Assembly: GCA_044440125.1 (NCBI GenBank)
Contig: JBITAJ010000015.1
Location: 32,001 to 96,000, forward strand
Direction of reading: 5' to 3'
Origin: Sedimentisphaeraceae bacterium JB056
GTDB lineage: Bacteria > Planctomycetota > Phycisphaerae > Sedimentisphaerales > Sedimentisphaeraceae
DNA: 64,000 nucleotides
Part shown: positions 36,867 through 45,908 of the stretch, piece by piece
Numbering within the stretch: position 1 is the first letter of the stretch
Layout of the letters: each line of letters opens with the position of its first letter
The notes under the pieces: generated by a model
Databases searched by the model: none
What the model saw: only the letters and a program-made list of their open reading frames with translations
What the model was told of the DNA's origin: nothing
Made by a program: the position numbers and the translations under genes

Positions 36867-38423
36867 ATGAAAAAGATTTGTACGAAAGTTTTTGTGGGCA
36901 TCGTTGTATTGTCATCGGTACTGATGGCGGATTTTTCTTCCCCAGGTATAGTGAATTATGATACTCTTGAGCTGTGGCAGATGGAGAGTATTGTCAGAAA
37001 TTCAGCATCATCACGGCTGGAAGGTTCAACCGTGGATAACACTCTTTGGTTTATGTTGATGGATGGAAGCGGTAATTCCTCGACAATCGGCGAGTTGGTT
37101 AGCGGCCCATCGGCTGACTTTGGTAACGCCGTATCATTTGCGGCAAATGCCCCGCTTGATGATACGCAGGTGCCGAATGTTTATGCAGGCACAAGAACCA
37201 GCGATTCATGGAAAGACTATGAATACGTAAAGGTCGAAATGTGGGTGAAATTCAATGAAACGGGACGACTTGAGTTTATATCCATGACGGATTCATGGCG
37301 TTTATATATGGGAGGTAATAAGTTGACATTCATCTGTTATTTTTCAGATGGTACAAATAGTCTACTTCAAGTTGATATGGGTTCGTATGATTATACTTCA
37401 CAGTGGCATTACATTACTGCCGGCCTTGATGTGGATGGTTCGCAGCAGCTAACTATAACGAGCTTTGACGAGAGCTTTGATCAAAGCACCTCTGCAGTTA
37501 ACGCCGGCAAAACACTTACATCGACCAATGGGTATATATACCTCGCAGCCGACAGGACGTTGAGAAGGTCTTTCAATGGAGCTATTGATAACGTAAGAAT
37601 ATCCCGCCCTGATGCTGAAGAACCTGATTTTCTTTCTCCTTTAGTTGATAACGGTGCTACACAAGCTTTATTTCATCTTGATGAAATAGCTGAAGGTATT
37701 ACACCGGATGATAACTCTGCTCAGATGAGAACGGCAAAGGATATGTCGGTAATCGGCACACCTGAAATAGTAGAAGATGGTGACTATCCCAATGATAACC
37801 CTGATTTTGCCGGTTGCGTGAGCCTTGATGGCATGACTGATTATTTTTCAGGAACTACTTCGTATGGAATGGATACATCCAATTTTAAGGTTGAATCATG
37901 GGTTAAGTTAAATCCTGGCTGGACTGATATTACTAATAAATTATGCTGGATTGCTAACTATGATACCGTCTTCAGGTTATATTTACAGAATGCATCTACT
38001 GGTCCTATCATGGTCTTTGTAGTGTGGGATTCAGCAGGCACTGCGGTAATCTTAAGTACTCCTTGCGGAGCATTGACTGACTGGACTCATCTGGCCGGCG
38101 AGTTTAATAACGGTGTGATTTCTCTCTATATTAACGGGATAAAAACAGCTACAATAAATGCGGCTCAAACTTCCGCTCAGGCTCCTTCTACTAATCCATT
38201 GAGAATTGGCTGTAATAGTCCAAGTGCTCTTTCGAGAGTATTCTGGGGCGAGATGGATGATTTTCGTTTTGGCAAGGCCGTTGCCGAGTGTGGAGATATG
38301 GGCTATATTGATGCTGATATCAACCGCGACTGCATTGTTGATATCGAAGATCTTAGTTTAATGGTTACAGATTGGCTCAAGTGTACGCTTGAAAGCGATC
38401 CAAGCTGTATAGTATTGAACTAA
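36867..38423 (+). CDS. secreted protein with two LamG/concanavalin-like domains and a dockerin-like C-terminal tag
   Basis: Signal peptide; VEMWVK...WHY...FNGAIDNVRIS and VESWVK...WTHLA...LYING...GEMDDFRF; ECGDMGYIDADINRDCIVDIEDL. Confidence 0.8.
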   Translation: MKKICTKVFVGIVVLSSVLMADFSSPGIVNYDTLELWQMESIVRNSASSRLEGSTVDNTLWFMLMDGSGNSSTIGELVSGPSADFGNAVSFAANAPLDDTQVPNVYAGTRTSDSWKDYEYVKVEMWVKFNETGRLEFISMTDSWRLYMGGNKLTFICYFSDGTNSLLQVDMGSYDYTSQWHYITAGLDVDGSQQLTITSFDESFDQSTSAVNAGKTLTSTNGYIYLAADRTLRRSFNGAIDNVRISRPDAEEPDFLSPLVDNGATQALFHLDEIAEGITPDDNSAQMRTAKDMSVIGTPEIVEDGDYPNDNPDFAGCVSLDGMTDYFSGTTSYGMDTSNFKVESWVKLNPGWTDITNKLCWIANYDTVFRLYLQNASTGPIMVFVVWDSAGTAVILSTPCGALTDWTHLAGEFNNGVISLYINGIKTATINAAQTSAQAPSTNPLRIGCNSPSALSRVFWGEMDDFRFGKAVAECGDMGYIDADINRDCIVDIEDLSLMVTDWLKCTLESDPSCIVLN

Positions 38424-38453
38424 AAGTAAATAATTCTAAATTTGGAGATAAAA

Positions 38454-39278
38454 ATGAATAAAACGATATATATCATTCTTATTACGCTTACGGCGACATT
38501 AGGATTTGCCAGAGTTAATTATAATATTCCTTATGTAGAGGTATTGCCTACTTATGACGGTGTTTTGCAGGCGGGTGAATGGGACGATGCTTTATCTATA
38601 GCTATAAGTTATGAGGATCTTGTTACTAACGGTAGCGGTGCGGATGTTCTTGGTTCTACTCCGGCGAGCAGTGATATCAGCGGTACTTATTATTTCAAAT
38701 GGGATGAAGATTTCCTATATATGGCATTTGACGTTACAGATGATATACAGGTATGGCGCAACAGTTATCCTGGTTCTTATAACGGACAGGATGATGTTCA
38801 AGTGTGTTTCAATCCTTTTGATGACCCTGCTGCCGTATTTATGACTGATGCCTGGATATTTGATTTTGCCGCAGAAACAAGCGATTTATATGGACCGGAT
38901 GTATATAGGCATACAGGTGATATATTTGTCGATCCTAATATGATAGCTTCGACACTTGAAACGGATGGTTATGTTATTGAGGTTGCTCTTTCATGGAAGG
39001 ATATAAGCTCTGAAATAACGGCAAAAGCCGGCGATTATCATGGCTTTGGTCTGATGATAGTAGATGTTGATTCAAGCACGGCAGAAAGCCTTCTATGTGA
39101 TTTCGGAGAAGGTGTAAATGTAATAAGCAACCCAGCTCAATGGAATATACTGCATTTGGTTGACAGTAAAGGATGCGGCAGTGTTGGCAGGCTTTCAGCG
39201 GATATCAATGCCGATTGCTATGTTGATCTTTCTGATTTTGTGATGATGACTTCCGACTGGATGGAGTCTTCTTTTTAG
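38454..39278 (+). CDS. secreted CBM9/DOMON-like sugar-binding protein with dockerin-like C-terminal tag
   Basis: PTYDGVL..GEW, WDEDFLYMAFDVTDD, GYVIEVALSW; GCGSVGRLSADINADCYVDLSDF; GGAG RBS before ATG 38454. Confidence 0.78.
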   Translation: MNKTIYIILITLTATLGFARVNYNIPYVEVLPTYDGVLQAGEWDDALSIAISYEDLVTNGSGADVLGSTPASSDISGTYYFKWDEDFLYMAFDVTDDIQVWRNSYPGSYNGQDDVQVCFNPFDDPAAVFMTDAWIFDFAAETSDLYGPDVYRHTGDIFVDPNMIASTLETDGYVIEVALSWKDISSEITAKAGDYHGFGLMIVDVDSSTAESLLCDFGEGVNVISNPAQWNILHLVDSKGCGSVGRLSADINADCYVDLSDFVMMTSDWMESSF

Positions 39279-39362
39279 AGGTGGTCTGATTAAACATTAA
39301 GCGTTCTCTGTCTGATGCATTACACGTCAGGCAGAGAACATTACCGTAAGAAAGGGATAATT

Positions 39363-40424
39363 ATGAAGATATCAATAAGTATAGTTTCTCTTGTTTTCTT
39401 ATTTGCTATTTGTCCGATGACGTTTGGTACAGTTTATGAGATTTACCATAATAATATAGCCGATCATTCTGATATCAATACTGTTGGTAGTATTGCCTGG
39501 TATATGAACGAGTATGGCGGATACAATACTTACAAACTTATGTCATCGGCAACATACTATTGTGACAATACTCTTTATGTTTCAGGCAGCTCTACACTCA
39601 GAGGATTGAGTGATAAGTCTTCAGTCATAGCATGCAGTGCAAACTGGACATCGGATGCATCTGATTATCTTATACGTTTAAATTGGGCTTCACAAGTTAA
39701 AGAATTAACGATAGATGGTATGTGGCGGCCACGGTATGTGATATACAGCAGCAGTGATGAGATTGTTGCCGATAACTGTATAATAGCCAAAAGCAAGAAA
39801 GCAGACGGTTGCCATCTTATACTGTTTGTTGGAGCGTCAGATATTCAGGTAACCAACTGTATGCTCAGACGTGCAGCTTGTGACAGTGGTGAGTATAATT
39901 TTGAGCGAAAGGCAGACATCTTGCATGTCAACGGATGCAGTCAGATAGTAATTGGAAATAATGACATGGCCTATGCCGCTGCCGGTGGAATCAGTATGCT
40001 GTATTGCACTGTTGTGAGGTGTACTGATAATCTTATTCATAATACAGGTCAATCTCGTACAAGTGGTTATCTTGGTGATTCAATTACTGGTTATCATAAC
40101 GGATTGGGGACAACCGATCTGAACTGGGAGATATTACGAAATGACATCTGGAACAGTTACAATCACGGTATACATGTTAGCGGCTATGGAATAGAGATTG
40201 AAGATAATGCAATCTGGAGTACTACATTAGGTGCACATATTTATATTGGAGATTGGAAGACCTCGCCTGACTGCAGTGCAGATTGTACCGTAAAGAACAA
40301 CTACTTTGATAATTGTCCCGCTACTAATACTTCAATGTGGATAAAACAGTATGACAGTCAGACTGTGACTTGTTCGGGTAATACGGGTTGTACAACTATT
40401 GTCTGGGGCCCAACCTGCAATTGA
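39363..40424 (+). CDS. secreted right-handed parallel beta-helix protein (polysaccharide lyase/hydrolase-like)
   Basis: Signal peptide MKISISIVSLVFLFAICPMTFG; stacked I.NC/I.NN repeats, HGIHVSG; Cys-rich. Confidence 0.7.
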   Translation: MKISISIVSLVFLFAICPMTFGTVYEIYHNNIADHSDINTVGSIAWYMNEYGGYNTYKLMSSATYYCDNTLYVSGSSTLRGLSDKSSVIACSANWTSDASDYLIRLNWASQVKELTIDGMWRPRYVIYSSSDEIVADNCIIAKSKKADGCHLILFVGASDIQVTNCMLRRAACDSGEYNFERKADILHVNGCSQIVIGNNDMAYAAAGGISMLYCTVVRCTDNLIHNTGQSRTSGYLGDSITGYHNGLGTTDLNWEILRNDIWNSYNHGIHVSGYGIEIEDNAIWSTTLGAHIYIGDWKTSPDCSADCTVKNNYFDNCPATNTSMWIKQYDSQTVTCSGNTGCTTIVWGPTCN

Positions 40425-40493
40425 AAAAATAATAGCGGGGGATGTTTATATCTTCCGCATCCTCAAAAATCTAAAATGACATATTAATATAAA

Positions 40494-42584
40494 ATGCGAA
40501 ATATTTTTATAAGTTTATTGATAGTTTTTTCTTTCTGCCCGTTATCTAAGGGTGGCGGTCCATTATTTTTTACTGGAAGTGATAAAGCACGGATATTAAA
40601 CAATATGGCAGTTGATGATCGCATGCGCACAGTATCACAGTCAATCATATCAGATGCGCAAAATATAGATATTTCAACTTTACCGGTGGATGATTTTAAC
40701 TGGTGGAATTCTCCGGATGCTTACGCTTCAGATGAATATATGGCAGTGAGGTTCATGTTGATGGAATATAGTAATGCGGCAAGAAACTCTGCATATGGGT
40801 GGATGCTGAGTGATGATTCCAGTCTGGCTGAGAAGTCAAAGGCTATCTTGTTGTTGTTGAGTGAGTTTCGTTTTGAGTATTATGATGTGAATTCGGGAAT
40901 TGATTACTCTTCTGCAACATTGCCGGCTTTGCAGGCATATGAGCTTGTCTATGATTTTTTCGATCAGTCAGAACACAGCAAGATGGCTTTGTTTTTTGAT
41001 AATGCATTGCTGTCTATCAAAAAATGCAATGATTATTGGATGCAATATCATCCTGCCGGAAGCACAATGTCCAACCATGAAGGGTGGCATAATGTATTCT
41101 TTGCTATGTATGGATTTTTCTATGACGATCAGGAAATGATTTATAGAGCAATTGAGGGAGTGGGGGGCTTCAAGGCAATGCTCAGGGATGGTTTTCAGGA
41201 TGATGGTGTATGGCTTGAAGGTTCGCTGGGATACCATATGGTTCAGTTGACAACCATGACCTATATCGCTGATATGAGTTATAACTGTGGATATATCGAT
41301 AATTTATATGTATACAGTGAACAGGGACGAAGTTTTGTCGACACTTATGCAAATACTATAAGCCTGTTATTTCCAGATGGAATGATACCGTCTATTGGTG
41401 ATAACTATGGTAACCTGCGTTATCTTAAGACTTATCCTGAGATCGAACTGATTCATACCAGAACAGGTGACCAGCGTTTCGCATATCTTATAAACCAGAA
41501 CAGTGTACGAAACAGCAAGGCATTGCTTTGGGGTTTGCCTGTAATACCTCAGGATGTATCGGCTGTGGGAATTGGGTCGAAATTATGGCCGGAACATGGA
41601 TTTGCTGCATTACGTTTGAAAACAGATTCTGATTATTGGAATGGCGAATACGATACTGTATTTACTACATTTTCAAATAATGTTGCACACAGCCATGCCG
41701 ATGGACTTTCGCTAATGTTATACGGAAAAGGTCACCTTTGGCTGCGAGACAGTGAGTGCAAGAATGCCGGAACCAATACGTTTGGGTCGGATGTTAACCA
41801 GAATCTTAATTGGACGACAATATCACACAATACGATTCTTATTGATGAGTCGAATCAGGTGAGAAATCCGGAGCCTTTGGATCTTCTTGAATTCAGCGAT
41901 TTTTCCGGAACTAAAAAGATTCGTATTGCCGATTTGAATGGGCATTTATATAGTGGTGTAAGGCAGTGCAGGACAGTATTTTTGAATGATGATTATGTTC
42001 TTGATGTATTTGAAATAAACTCAGATGGGCAGCATAAAATCTCGTGGATTACGCATATAGACGGTGAGTCGAACTCAATGTCATACAATATTTGGCAGGA
42101 GAATCAGTGGCCTGAAGAAATGCCTTGGTCGTTTCTTAATGGTAAGTCAGTTTCAATGATGCCGAGTGTTTCATTTTGGGAAAGCTTTGTCAATAGTGAT
42201 AAGTATATGAGGATGGATGTAAAAGTTAACCAATCGGCAACATGCGTAAAAACGCAATATCCTGTTACTGAAATAGAACCGGTTGCTTATATACCGATGA
42301 GGCTTTTTGAGGTCAATGGAAGTTATGCTGTCTATGCGGTTGTTTACAGGACAGATAATTCTCCAATTACTTCTGACGCTAATATAACTATAAACGACTC
42401 TGATGTTGAAAATGTTATAATTACGGTCGAGATAAACGGCATTGAATCTTCGTTTGATTTGTCACAGCCGCTTGTTGAATGCGGCAGTGCCGGAGTTTTG
42501 GATACAGATTTGAATAAGGACTGTTATGTTGATATTCAAGATTTTATGATTCTGGCGGCTTCGTGGATGAAATCAACTATTTAA
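40494..42584 (+). CDS. alginate lyase/heparinase II-III family polysaccharide lyase with dockerin-like C-terminal tag
   Basis: Signal peptide; SNHEGW, DDGVWLEGSLGYH, PSIGD, HSHADGLS, TISHNTILID; ECGSAGVLDTDLNKDCYVDIQDF. Confidence 0.82.
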   Translation: MRNIFISLLIVFSFCPLSKGGGPLFFTGSDKARILNNMAVDDRMRTVSQSIISDAQNIDISTLPVDDFNWWNSPDAYASDEYMAVRFMLMEYSNAARNSAYGWMLSDDSSLAEKSKAILLLLSEFRFEYYDVNSGIDYSSATLPALQAYELVYDFFDQSEHSKMALFFDNALLSIKKCNDYWMQYHPAGSTMSNHEGWHNVFFAMYGFFYDDQEMIYRAIEGVGGFKAMLRDGFQDDGVWLEGSLGYHMVQLTTMTYIADMSYNCGYIDNLYVYSEQGRSFVDTYANTISLLFPDGMIPSIGDNYGNLRYLKTYPEIELIHTRTGDQRFAYLINQNSVRNSKALLWGLPVIPQDVSAVGIGSKLWPEHGFAALRLKTDSDYWNGEYDTVFTTFSNNVAHSHADGLSLMLYGKGHLWLRDSECKNAGTNTFGSDVNQNLNWTTISHNTILIDESNQVRNPEPLDLLEFSDFSGTKKIRIADLNGHLYSGVRQCRTVFLNDDYVLDVFEINSDGQHKISWITHIDGESNSMSYNIWQENQWPEEMPWSFLNGKSVSMMPSVSFWESFVNSDKYMRMDVKVNQSATCVKTQYPVTEIEPVAYIPMRLFEVNGSYAVYAVVYRTDNSPITSDANITINDSDVENVIITVEINGIESSFDLSQPLVECGSAGVLDTDLNKDCYVDIQDFMILAASWMKSTI

Positions 42585-42604
42585 TCTTAAAGTAACTATA
42601 TATT

Positions 42605-44656
42605 ATGAAAAAAACTAAAATTATAATTTTGCTTAGTTCTCTATTTTTAGCTTCTCTGGCAGTTGCTGATGAAAGACCAAATTTGTTTTTTACAGACAGT
42701 GATATTGCCAGAATCAATTCTAATATCAAGAATGATGAATTTTTTAGGGAGCTTGCTTCGAACTTAATAAACAAAGCGGAGAGTGTTGATATTGCCAAGC
42801 TTCCATATAAAGATTTTGAGTTGTGGAATAAACCTGATATTCCTGACAGGAACGGGCCTAACTTGAGATTTATGCTGATGAAATTCAGTAATTCGGCGAG
42901 AGTTCTGGCTTACGCATGGATGCTTGATGGTGATAAGGAATTTGCGTTGAAATCAAAAAAGATACTTTTGTATCTGAGCGATTTTAAGTTTAATTACGAT
43001 GATGTTAATTCAGGTATTGACTATGCTTCTGCAACACTGCCGGCAATGCAGGCATATAGTCAGGTTTATGAGTATTTTGATGATCAAGAGCAGGAGAAGA
43101 TGAAAAGTTTCTTTTATACTGCCGTAAATGCAGTAAAGAAATGCAATGATTATTGGGCTTTGAATAATCCTGCGGGTGTTATGTACTCAAATCATGAAGG
43201 ATGGCATAATGTATGTTTTGCGATGGTTGGTTTTTTCTACAATGATCAAAGTTTGATCGACAGAGCAATAGACGGCAAGAGAGGTTTTAATAAAATGCTT
43301 CAATATGGCTTCCAGGATGATGGAGTTTGGCTTGAGGCATCGTTGCCGTATCATTTTGTACAGCTTTCGACTATGATTATGGTTGCTGATATGAGTTATA
43401 ACTGTGGTTATAAGACCAATCTGTATGAAAATAAAATTGATGGACGGAGTCTTTCACAATTGTATTTGAATATAATTGATCTTTCTTTTCCGAATACCAT
43501 GATTCCGCCGGTTGGTGATGGTTACGGGAAAGCCCGTTTCCTAAAGAATTATGGAGTGTATGAGCAGCTATATACAAAAACAGGTGAACCCGGATTTGTA
43601 TTTTTGATAAACCAGAACGATAAACGAAATAACGATTCATTGCTGTATGGCATGGGTGAGATTCCGCAAAAAACTGCTGCTCCAGAGGTTTATTCCAGAC
43701 TGTGGATGCAGCATGGTTATGCTATGTTGAGAATGCAGGAGGGAAAAGATTATTGGAAAGGTGAGGGCAACACACTGTTTGCTTCATTCTCGCATAACAG
43801 CTGTCATGCACATGCCGACGGGTTGTCTATAATGCTGTTTGGAGAGGAACGCTTATGGCTGCGGGATGCGGAGTGTAAGAATTCCGGAGCCAATACGTTT
43901 GGGTCGGATGTTAACCAGCATCTCAACTGGACTACTCCATCGCACAATACTGTTATTATTGATAATTGTAATCAGATACGGCATCCTGAGCCTCTTGGAT
44001 TGTTTGAATTTACCGTTTTGCCTGATCTTAAAAGAGTGTGTATTGGAGATTTGAACGGCCATTTGTATGAAGGCGTTAAGCAGTTGCGAACGTGTATTGT
44101 AACTGATGAGTATGTTTTGGATGTTTTTGAGGTGGAATCAGATGAGGCTCATGATGTTGCATGGGTAACGCATGTTGATGCTCGATCAGATGATATATTT
44201 TCAAGTCAATGGCGAGATGAGCAATGGACTCAGCAACAGCAGCCGGATGATGTAGTTAAAACATTCTCAAATAATACAGCGATTGCAAGTTGGTCTTTTT
44301 TAGGTGATAGGCAGATTTCTCAAACAGGGCACCAGTTTTGGGAAACATTTGTAAATGGAGATAAGAACTTCCGTATTGATGTCGTATGCAGTGAGCCGGC
44401 GAAATATGTGAAAACTCTTTTTCCGCTTGATGAATCAGCACCTCAAAAACAAATGCCTATGAGGTTGATAGAATCCAATGCTGACAATATTGTTTATGCG
44501 GCTCTGTATAGAATAAGTGATGAGAATATAGATGAACGGGTGGATATTGTGGTTTCAGAGGAAAGTAATACTCATGACTGGGATGTCGTGCTGAAATTCA
44601 GTGATCAAAGCATCAGTCATCGTGTGGCAGCAATAGAGAACAAAAAAGCAAACTAA
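42605..44656 (+). CDS. alginate lyase/heparinase II-III family polysaccharide lyase paralog without the C-terminal tag
   Basis: Signal peptide; RPNLFFT, SNHEGW, DDGVWLEASLPYH, HAHADGLS, TPSHNTVIID; collinear with the upstream gene. Confidence 0.82.
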   Translation: MKKTKIIILLSSLFLASLAVADERPNLFFTDSDIARINSNIKNDEFFRELASNLINKAESVDIAKLPYKDFELWNKPDIPDRNGPNLRFMLMKFSNSARVLAYAWMLDGDKEFALKSKKILLYLSDFKFNYDDVNSGIDYASATLPAMQAYSQVYEYFDDQEQEKMKSFFYTAVNAVKKCNDYWALNNPAGVMYSNHEGWHNVCFAMVGFFYNDQSLIDRAIDGKRGFNKMLQYGFQDDGVWLEASLPYHFVQLSTMIMVADMSYNCGYKTNLYENKIDGRSLSQLYLNIIDLSFPNTMIPPVGDGYGKARFLKNYGVYEQLYTKTGEPGFVFLINQNDKRNNDSLLYGMGEIPQKTAAPEVYSRLWMQHGYAMLRMQEGKDYWKGEGNTLFASFSHNSCHAHADGLSIMLFGEERLWLRDAECKNSGANTFGSDVNQHLNWTTPSHNTVIIDNCNQIRHPEPLGLFEFTVLPDLKRVCIGDLNGHLYEGVKQLRTCIVTDEYVLDVFEVESDEAHDVAWVTHVDARSDDIFSSQWRDEQWTQQQQPDDVVKTFSNNTAIASWSFLGDRQISQTGHQFWETFVNGDKNFRIDVVCSEPAKYVKTLFPLDESAPQKQMPMRLIESNADNIVYAALYRISDENIDERVDIVVSEESNTHDWDVVLKFSDQSISHRVAAIENKKAN

Positions 44657-44672
44657 CACTGAAGGTAACACA

Positions 44673-45719
44673 ATGGATAAGATATCGATGATAAAAGAAA
44701 TGCAAAAAAGTTCAGATTCAAAAAAACTCAGAGGTTTATTTGTCCTTGAAAAGTCTTTTTTCGAGGAAACCTACAGCTCTGAGGATGTAGATATAATTAA
44801 ATCTCTTGTCGATATATACGCTCCTCTGCAAACACGGGATATAATTGCGGATAATCCCGATATCCTTCGTGAAGCAGATGTGATATTTTCGGGCTGGGGA
44901 ATTTTGTCTGATAAGGACATGCCGATAGAGTATTTGGATAATCTTAAAGTTCTGTTCTATGGGGCAGGTTCTGTCAAGCATTTTGTAAATGAAAAGTACT
45001 GGGAAAAAGGCGTTCGTGTGAGCAGTGCAGCTCAGGCCAATGCCGTACCAGTTGCTGAATATACGCTGGCTCAAATTTTAATGGCAGCAAAGAGATGCTG
45101 GTATTATGCTGCGAAAGTTAAATATAATCGTACTTTTGCACCTTCAATTTGTGAAGTACCCGGCGCTTTTAATTCAACTGTTGGGCTTGTGTCTTTGGGA
45201 GCAACGGCAAGAATGCTCTATCGCTATTTAACTGCTTTCGATTTTAATTTGATAGCCTATGATCCTTATATATCATCTGAAGATTTAAGAAATATTGATG
45301 TCAAAATGACTGACTTGAATGATATATTTGAGAAGTCGGATATTGTTTCGCTGCATTCACCGCTTACTAATGAAACTGCCGGTTTGATAACAGGCGATCA
45401 TTTTATGAGAATGAAGTATGGTGCAACTTTGATAAACACGGCTCGAGGAGGGCTGATCAGAGAGGATGAGATGGTTGATGTCTTGAAACGGCGACCGGAT
45501 ATGACAGTTGTGCTTGATGTGACAGTTCCTGAACCTCCTACGCGTGAATCTTTGTTGTATGATCTGCCTAATGTAATTATTACGCCTCATATTGCTGGTG
45601 CTATGGCGGGTGAAAGGAGAAGACTTGGGCGTTTTGTGGTTGATGAGTTACGGCGTTATCTTAGCGGCAGGCCGCTTAAAGGTGAGATAAAGCATGAACT
45701 TTTGTCAATACAGGCGTGA
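44673..45719 (+). CDS. D-isomer-specific 2-hydroxyacid dehydrogenase
   Basis: NAVPVAEY, YDPY, SLHSPLT, LINTARG, LDVT.PEP, TPHIAG. Confidence 0.9.
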   Translation: MDKISMIKEMQKSSDSKKLRGLFVLEKSFFEETYSSEDVDIIKSLVDIYAPLQTRDIIADNPDILREADVIFSGWGILSDKDMPIEYLDNLKVLFYGAGSVKHFVNEKYWEKGVRVSSAAQANAVPVAEYTLAQILMAAKRCWYYAAKVKYNRTFAPSICEVPGAFNSTVGLVSLGATARMLYRYLTAFDFNLIAYDPYISSEDLRNIDVKMTDLNDIFEKSDIVSLHSPLTNETAGLITGDHFMRMKYGATLINTARGGLIREDEMVDVLKRRPDMTVVLDVTVPEPPTRESLLYDLPNVIITPHIAGAMAGERRRLGRFVVDELRRYLSGRPLKGEIKHELLSIQA

Positions 45720-45908
45720 TAGAATCAGGTTCATGACTAATCTATTTTTATGTTAAAGTGACTCTTAATGCATATTTGCTGATTTTGAATATGGTGTCTT
45801 TTTGATATTACATCTGGTTTGGTAAATATTTATATGCATAAATACTTGAAAAAAACTAATTACAGATTATGATGATATGATTAGGGTGCGTTGTGTTTTG
45901 GAAAAGTT

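Noticed and set aside
40422..40458. TGA followed by a hairpin as selenocysteine recoding
   Set aside because: Read-through adds only a short non-conserved peptide, and the protein is not a redox family
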